Source: an uncultured bacterium (lineage in GTDB: Bacteria > Chloroflexota > UBA5177 > JANWHV01). Taken from it: 64,000 nt of DNA. Where the stretch lies: assembly GCA_963827235.1 (NCBI GenBank), contig CAWHAE010000012.1, forward strand, positions 192,001-256,000, read 5' to 3'. The position numbers and the translations under genes were made by a program. The notes beneath the pieces are model-generated. The model worked only from the letters and a program-made list of their open reading frames with translations. It did no database searches and was not told the origin of the DNA. Below, in pieces: positions 59,454-64,000 of this stretch; within the stretch, counting starts at the first letter, position 1, and every line of letters starts with the position of its first letter.

Positions 59454-59943
59454 TTTCGGCTACAACACCCTCAACAAGGGAAATGGGGGAAAAGGATACA
59501 ACAGTCATCCCACACATCAGAACTGTCATACATTCTCGTACATCGCCCTGAAGGTATTGACGCAGGGGCTTATCGCGAACCTGCCAAGTCCTAGCCACCA
59601 AGGAAACGAGGGCGTAGGTTGGGGTAACGAGGACACCTCTGGTACCACGTATTGAGACAGTGCGGAATTGACGTTGGGCGGCTTCCGGTGACGGGAACTG
59701 TCCCGTGCCAGTTTTGTTGGCGGATTGCCGACTTGTTTGCGGACAGGGCGTTGCTGACCTCCCCTGCGCCGGCGCGGAGCATACAAGCGAACTCGAAGCG
59801 ATCGCCAACGGCGAGAGCACCTCTGCCGTAGGCGTGCTGCCTTCCGGCGTCTGTTGCACTCTGTCCAGTCATGGCTCTGCCTTGGGTCGGGGACCCAGTG
59901 CTCGTTCATACCGTGGTATGGCCGACTGTGGTATGATTGAGCT

Positions 59944-60198
59944 GTGAAAGTGGACAAGCTCAGCGTGTCGTTCGATCCCAATCTTGGCGATGCCGTCCGT
60001 GCTGCTGCCAAGCGGAGCGGCAGGGGTTTGTCGGGTTGGCTGGCCGAGGCTGCTGCAGCCCGGCTGCGCTCCGAGGCGTTGGCGGACTTCCTCGACAGCT
60101 GGGAGGCCGAGCACGGCGCGCTTACGGCCGAGGAACTCGCTCAAGCCACCGCCGAGCTAGGACTACCAGCCGTGCCAACAGCCGAACCGGCCGCATGA
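59944..60198 (+). CDS. Antitoxin, ribbon-helix-helix (VapB-like)
   Basis: KLSVSF...LSGWLAEAA..WEAEHGALT.EEL; ATGA overlap with PIN gene; TATGAT -10 just upstream. Confidence 0.8.
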   Translation: MKVDKLSVSFDPNLGDAVRAAAKRSGRGLSGWLAEAAAARLRSEALADFLDSWEAEHGALTAEELAQATAELGLPAVPTAEPAA

Positions 60199-60578
60199 GC
60201 GCGCTGGTGCTGGACGCCGGGGCCCTGGTGGCCGTGGATCGCAGTGATCGCGCGATGCTAGCACGCTTGCGGGTCGCAGAGCGCAGCGGCATGGAGCTGC
60301 GAAGCAACGGCGTGGTCGTCGCACAGGTCTGGCGAGACCCGAGCGGACGCCAGGCGATCCTAGCCCGCCTGCTTCGCGCTGTCGATGTCCAGCCGGTCGA
60401 CCTGCGGCTGGGCCAAGCGGCCGGTGTGCTCTTGGGGCGGGCACGCAGCGGTGACGCCGTTGACGGCAGCGTCGTAGCTATTGCCAAACCCGGTGACCGG
60501 ATCGTCACAAGCGACGCCGAAGACATCCGCGCCCTCATCGCCGTGTCCGGTCGCCCCATCTTGGTCGTGCCCTGCTGA
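60195..60578 (+). CDS. PIN domain toxin (VapC-like)
   Basis: LVLDAGAL, VVAQVWR, DAVD, VTSD..D. Confidence 0.85.
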   Translation: MSALVLDAGALVAVDRSDRAMLARLRVAERSGMELRSNGVVVAQVWRDPSGRQAILARLLRAVDVQPVDLRLGQAAGVLLGRARSGDAVDGSVVAIAKPGDRIVTSDAEDIRALIAVSGRPILVVPC

Positions 60579-60622
60579 GCCGGGCAACCACGCCGTAGCA
60601 TGCCCAGGCTAAACCTGCGTTC

Positions 60623-60973
60623 TTGAACCGCGGCGCGGCGTCGTATACGAGCATCGCCGGAGTGGATCAAGGGCAGGCCGTCCTCATCGCCGTCGAGCCC
60701 GCGCAGGTCGTGGTGGACTACCTGCCGGACGAAGATGGTATCGGGTTGTGGGTCAACGAGCTGGGCATCGGGGCGCACGGCGTCAATGTGGCGGAGGCAC
60801 GCCGCAATCTGGTCGGTGAAGTGCGCGCCTACGTCGCCAGCTTCCTGGGAGAGTTACCGGTCTATCTCACCTGGCCGGATCGCGCCCGGCTCGTGCCTCA
60901 CGTCCTGCGCCTGGCCGTGGCACGCAATGATGCCGAGCTGGCCCATCTGCTCTTCGACGCTCCAGTAGCCTAG
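60623..60973 (+). CDS. HicB-like antitoxin (start uncertain)
   Basis: LWVNELGIGAHGVNVAEARRNLVGEVRAY resembles HicB partial RNase H fold. Confidence 0.55.
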   Translation: MNRGAASYTSIAGVDQGQAVLIAVEPAQVVVDYLPDEDGIGLWVNELGIGAHGVNVAEARRNLVGEVRAYVASFLGELPVYLTWPDRARLVPHVLRLAVARNDAELAHLLFDAPVA

Positions 60974-60974
60974 C

Positions 60975-61385
60975 GTGGCCGAACGACACCCAACCTGGGG
61001 CGAACTGCGGCAATTCTGTGAACGCCAGAACCTTCGGCCCTCTCGAACCGATCACGACTTCTACGACAAAGTGCTTCCAGATGGCAGCACAGCAGGAACC
61101 AAGATCTCTCTCGGCGTGTCGGAGACCGACCCGATGCCGCCATCGTTGTGGTCGCGCATCCGGCGCCGCCGGCTTCGCCTTCGCGTGGAGAGCGAGTTCT
61201 GGCAAGGGCTGGAAGGCAAGGGCGTCGCACACGATGTCCCGCCCACGCCCGAGCGGACGCAGCAGCTGCCTCACCACCTCATCCGACATCTGCGCGACGA
61301 CCGGCATTGGTCGGAGGACCAGATCGCACTCGTTTCACGGGAAGAAGCGCAGCATCTACTCAATGCCTGGTTCAGCCGCGAATAG
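60975..61385 (+). CDS. HicA-like toxin with C-terminal extension
   Basis: TWGELRQFCE..TDHDFYDKVLPDG...TKIS..LWSRI; 1 bp after partner gene. Confidence 0.6.
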   Translation: MAERHPTWGELRQFCERQNLRPSRTDHDFYDKVLPDGSTAGTKISLGVSETDPMPPSLWSRIRRRRLRLRVESEFWQGLEGKGVAHDVPPTPERTQQLPHHLIRHLRDDRHWSEDQIALVSREEAQHLLNAWFSRE

Positions 61386-61479
61386 GCAAGATCGCCGGCG
61401 TACAGGCCGTGCTCGCCAGACCGTGGCAGGGCAAGGATGGCTCGCACACGGTGGCTGACCAGTGAACCACCGCCCACCT

Positions 61480-61665
61480 ACGTCAGCCGCGATGAGATCG
61501 GCCAGACGGCAGAGTCGGTGCGTACGCTGGTTGGTACGGTGCAGCAGACCATCGCCGACTACGAGGCGGCGCGCGCTGAGCTGGGCAGCCTGATCGGCGA
61601 GGTGGCAAGGTCGTCGGAACAGGTATACGCGGGCTCCGGCCAGCTGGCGCAGGCAACGCACAAAC
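61480..61665 (+). pseudogene. HAMP/methyl-accepting chemotaxis protein fragment
   Basis: SRDEIGQTAES...LIGEVARSSEQVYAGSGQLAQAT; no N- or C-terminal domains. Confidence 0.65.
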
Positions 61666-61794
61666 CGCCGTCTGCATCGTCGATGCGCGCCCGCCCCGAT
61701 ATCGCTGCCGCGGCCACGGTATGAGCCACTGGGTCTCCGCATTGATAGAGATACATGCTCGACCTTTCTGCTTCTTCCGCGTCGATGTGTTCCG

Positions 61795-62742
61795 TCAGCG
61801 TGCCGCCATGGCCAGTGCTGCGGCGCCTACCAGACCGGAGTCTGCGCCAAGCCCGGCGCGAACGACGGGTACGGACCTGAACGGCGGCATCGCGTCCCGC
61901 CGGATCACGTCCAGTATGTCCCGCTCCAGCAGATCGAAGGCCTGCGCCACGCCCCCGCCCATGATCACGCGCTCCGGGCTGTAAAGATGGATGAGCCCGG
62001 TGAAGCCCGCGCCCAGATAGTGCGCCTCTTCTCGCAGCAAGGCAAGGCAGACGGAGTCGGCAGCGCGCGCTCCCTCGACCACGCGCCTGGCGTCGACCGC
62101 CTCGGGAGGCGAGACTCGCCCCAGCCACCCGGCACGATCCTCAAGCGCTGCCTGCCGAGCGCGCAGGCCGAGTGCGCTGCCCGATGCGAGCGCCTCGAAG
62201 CAGGCAGTGGCACCGCATGAGCAGCGAGGCCCGTCCGCTGCCATTCTGAAGTGCCCGACGTGCCCGGCCATGCCGCGCCGCCCGTGCAACAGTCGGCCGT
62301 CGACCACGATGCCGCCGCCAATGCCTGTGCTGACCGTCACGTAGACCAGGTGCTGCAGTCCCCTGCCGGCGCCGTATTGCCACTCCCCGAAGGCCGCGGC
62401 GATACCGTCGCCCTCGACGACAACCGGCACGCCGAATTCGTCCGCCACGATGTCTCGCAGTGCGATGTTCTCCCAACCCGGCAGCGTTGGGATATGGATG
62501 ACCGTACCGGTCGTGGTGTCGAGCGGTCCCGGCGCACAAACACCAACTCCGGCGATGTGCGCTCGATCCTCGGCGTCGCAGACCTGCGCAATCAGCTGTC
62601 TGAATTGCGCAATGACCGCGGTTGGACCACCGCCCACGTCGGTACGGGTCGCCGCTCGACGGAGAATGCTGCCCCGTTGCACCAGCGCCGCACGCACCTG
62701 CGTGCCGCCGAGATCGATGCCGATTGCAAGCTCCCGGGCCAT
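61795..62742 (-). CDS. ROK family sugar kinase
   Basis: GIDLGGT, STGIGGG, CSCGATACFE, GGGV; TGATG overlap with upstream gene. Confidence 0.93.
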   Translation of the reverse strand: MARELAIGIDLGGTQVRAALVQRGSILRRAATRTDVGGGPTAVIAQFRQLIAQVCDAEDRAHIAGVGVCAPGPLDTTTGTVIHIPTLPGWENIALRDIVADEFGVPVVVEGDGIAAAFGEWQYGAGRGLQHLVYVTVSTGIGGGIVVDGRLLHGRRGMAGHVGHFRMAADGPRCSCGATACFEALASGSALGLRARQAALEDRAGWLGRVSPPEAVDARRVVEGARAADSVCLALLREEAHYLGAGFTGLIHLYSPERVIMGGGVAQAFDLLERDILDVIRRDAMPPFRSVPVVRAGLGADSGLVGAAALAMAAR

Positions 62743-63458
62743 CAGATCGGCTCCCCGGGCAGCGCATGTACCCAGGCCATGCGTTCGGCAAGATTGTCGG
62801 CGCCAAAGGCCAGCGAGCCCATCACGATGCTGTCGGCACCGGCCCCGCGCAGCCCGGGTACGGTGTGCTCGCGGATACCGCCGTCCGCCGCCAGCACGAT
62901 CCGGCGGCCGCCTCCCTGGGCGGCGAGGAGTGCACGGGCTTCCCGCAGGCGGGGTTCGGCAGCCTCGTCGAGACCCTGGCCCTTGATGCCGATCTGTGTC
63001 CCCAACAGGGTGAGATGCCGGATGCGATCCAGGTAGCGCGCGGATGCAGCGACCGGGGTGTGCAGTTGCAGCACCAGACCGGCGGCAAGGCCGAGCCGCT
63101 CGATCCCGGCCAGTAGGCCGTCGACGTCCCGGTTCTCGGCGTGGATGCTGATCAGGTCCGCGCCCGCCGCGGCGAAGTGCTCGATCTGCGTCGCCAGAAT
63201 GTCGTCCGTCGCCATCAGATGCACGTGCAGCGGCACCTTGGTGCGGGCGCGGATGCTGCCGACCAGGTCGGGGAAGAAGAGGAGTGTAGGCGAGAAGTGC
63301 CCATCGGCGACGTCGATATGGTACAGATCCGCATAGGGATCGACCCGCGCGATGTCGTCGCCCAGCCGCCCAAAGTCGGCCGACCACAGCGACAACTCGG
63401 CCAGCAGCCGATTGCTCGGCAAGCGGTCCAACCAGCCAGGCATCGGTTTCATCGTCAC
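62742..63458 (-). CDS. Ribulose-phosphate 3-epimerase family protein
   Basis: SADF, HIDVADGHF, HVHLM, IHAE, ADGGI. Confidence 0.9.
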   Translation of the reverse strand: MTMKPMPGWLDRLPSNRLLAELSLWSADFGRLGDDIARVDPYADLYHIDVADGHFSPTLLFFPDLVGSIRARTKVPLHVHLMATDDILATQIEHFAAAGADLISIHAENRDVDGLLAGIERLGLAAGLVLQLHTPVAASARYLDRIRHLTLLGTQIGIKGQGLDEAAEPRLREARALLAAQGGGRRIVLAADGGIREHTVPGLRGAGADSIVMGSLAFGADNLAERMAWVHALPGEPI

Positions 63459-64000
63459 ATCTCCCCAAGAAAGGCCGCCAGGACAGCCCGGAAGTCACTG
63501 CGATAGCGATCCCGGCTGTCCGCTTTGGAGGCAATCTCGACCAGGCGGGCACCCGGAATCTGGTCGGCGAGTGCCGCGGCATAGGCGAGCGGGTGCACGA
63601 AATCGCGTTGAGTCCCGATGACCAGGGTCGGCACCCGAATGGCGTTAAGTTCCCGGGCGGAGATGCCCGGGCCGTCGGCCGCGATGCGGACCAACAGCTC
63701 GGCGGTGACCGAGACCGGCTCACGTGCAAAGAAGCCGTACAGCGAGGCGAGGTTGTCCGGTGCCTCGGCCGCCAGCTGCCGCGCGAGATCGGAGTTCTCG
63801 AAGCGCGCCCGAGCTTCGGCAGGCGGATAGCGTCGGAGCAGCTCGCCGACCACGGCATTCGGCCGCATATTGGCCGGCGCGGCGTCAAGGACCCACGCCG
63901 GCCGCGCCAGCACCAGCGCGCGCACGAGATCTGGCCGTAGCACGGCCAGCCGGAGGGCGATGGCCGCCCCCATGGAGATGCCGCCGAGCACCACCGGTTT
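63455..64000 (-). CDS. Alpha/beta hydrolase (3' part; start outside window)
   Basis: GISMG nucleophile elbow, VPTLVIG..D.VHP. Confidence 0.85.
   Translation of the reverse strand, partial: KPVVLGGISMGAAIALRLAVLRPDLVRALVLARPAWVLDAAPANMRPNAVVGELLRRYPPAEARARFENSDLARQLAAEAPDNLASLYGFFAREPVSVTAELLVRIAADGPGISARELNAIRVPTLVIGTQRDFVHPLAYAAALADQIPGARLVEIASKADSRDRYRSDFRAVLAAFLGEM

Noticed and set aside
61795-63888. 697-aa ORF suggesting a ROK fusion
   Set aside because: The N-terminal part overlaps the epimerase and hydrolase genes in other frames; the real start is ATG 62742.

Overview
GC-rich bacterial chromosomal window. The F420-type LLM oxidoreductase, Pro/Thr-linker secreted proteins and sigma70-like promoters suggest Chloroflexota, but this is inference only. 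From left to right it contains: a divergent sugar/polyol catabolic cluster with paired promoters and operators; assorted metabolic genes (proline dehydrogenase, Grx-TrxR fusion, MPG glycosylase, DSD1-type PLP enzyme); an MMPL/TetR pair; a WYL-regulator locus whose palindromic operator sits over a promoter driving a ~150-nt terminated transcript, next to DUF1802 and a PUA-like/DUF4180 fusion; a divergent beta-propeller surface protein and receptor-like pseudokinase; an intact IS4-family element with a 10-bp target duplication, inserted into a hairpin; a 2-oxoacid:ferredoxin oxidoreductase operon with a PorD/GltD-like hybrid subunit; a CASTOR/POLLUX-like channel; a nine-gene organosulfur-type ABC/flavin monooxygenase operon with two OsmC paralogs; mtnA; a GH88/105 hydrolase; a toxin island (orphan RHS with PIN-like tip and CxxC immunity candidate, RHS debris, VapBC-like and HicBA-like pairs); and a ROK/epimerase/hydrolase cluster. 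No rRNA, tRNA or CRISPR array was recognised. All family calls come from motif recognition by eye, not from database searches.
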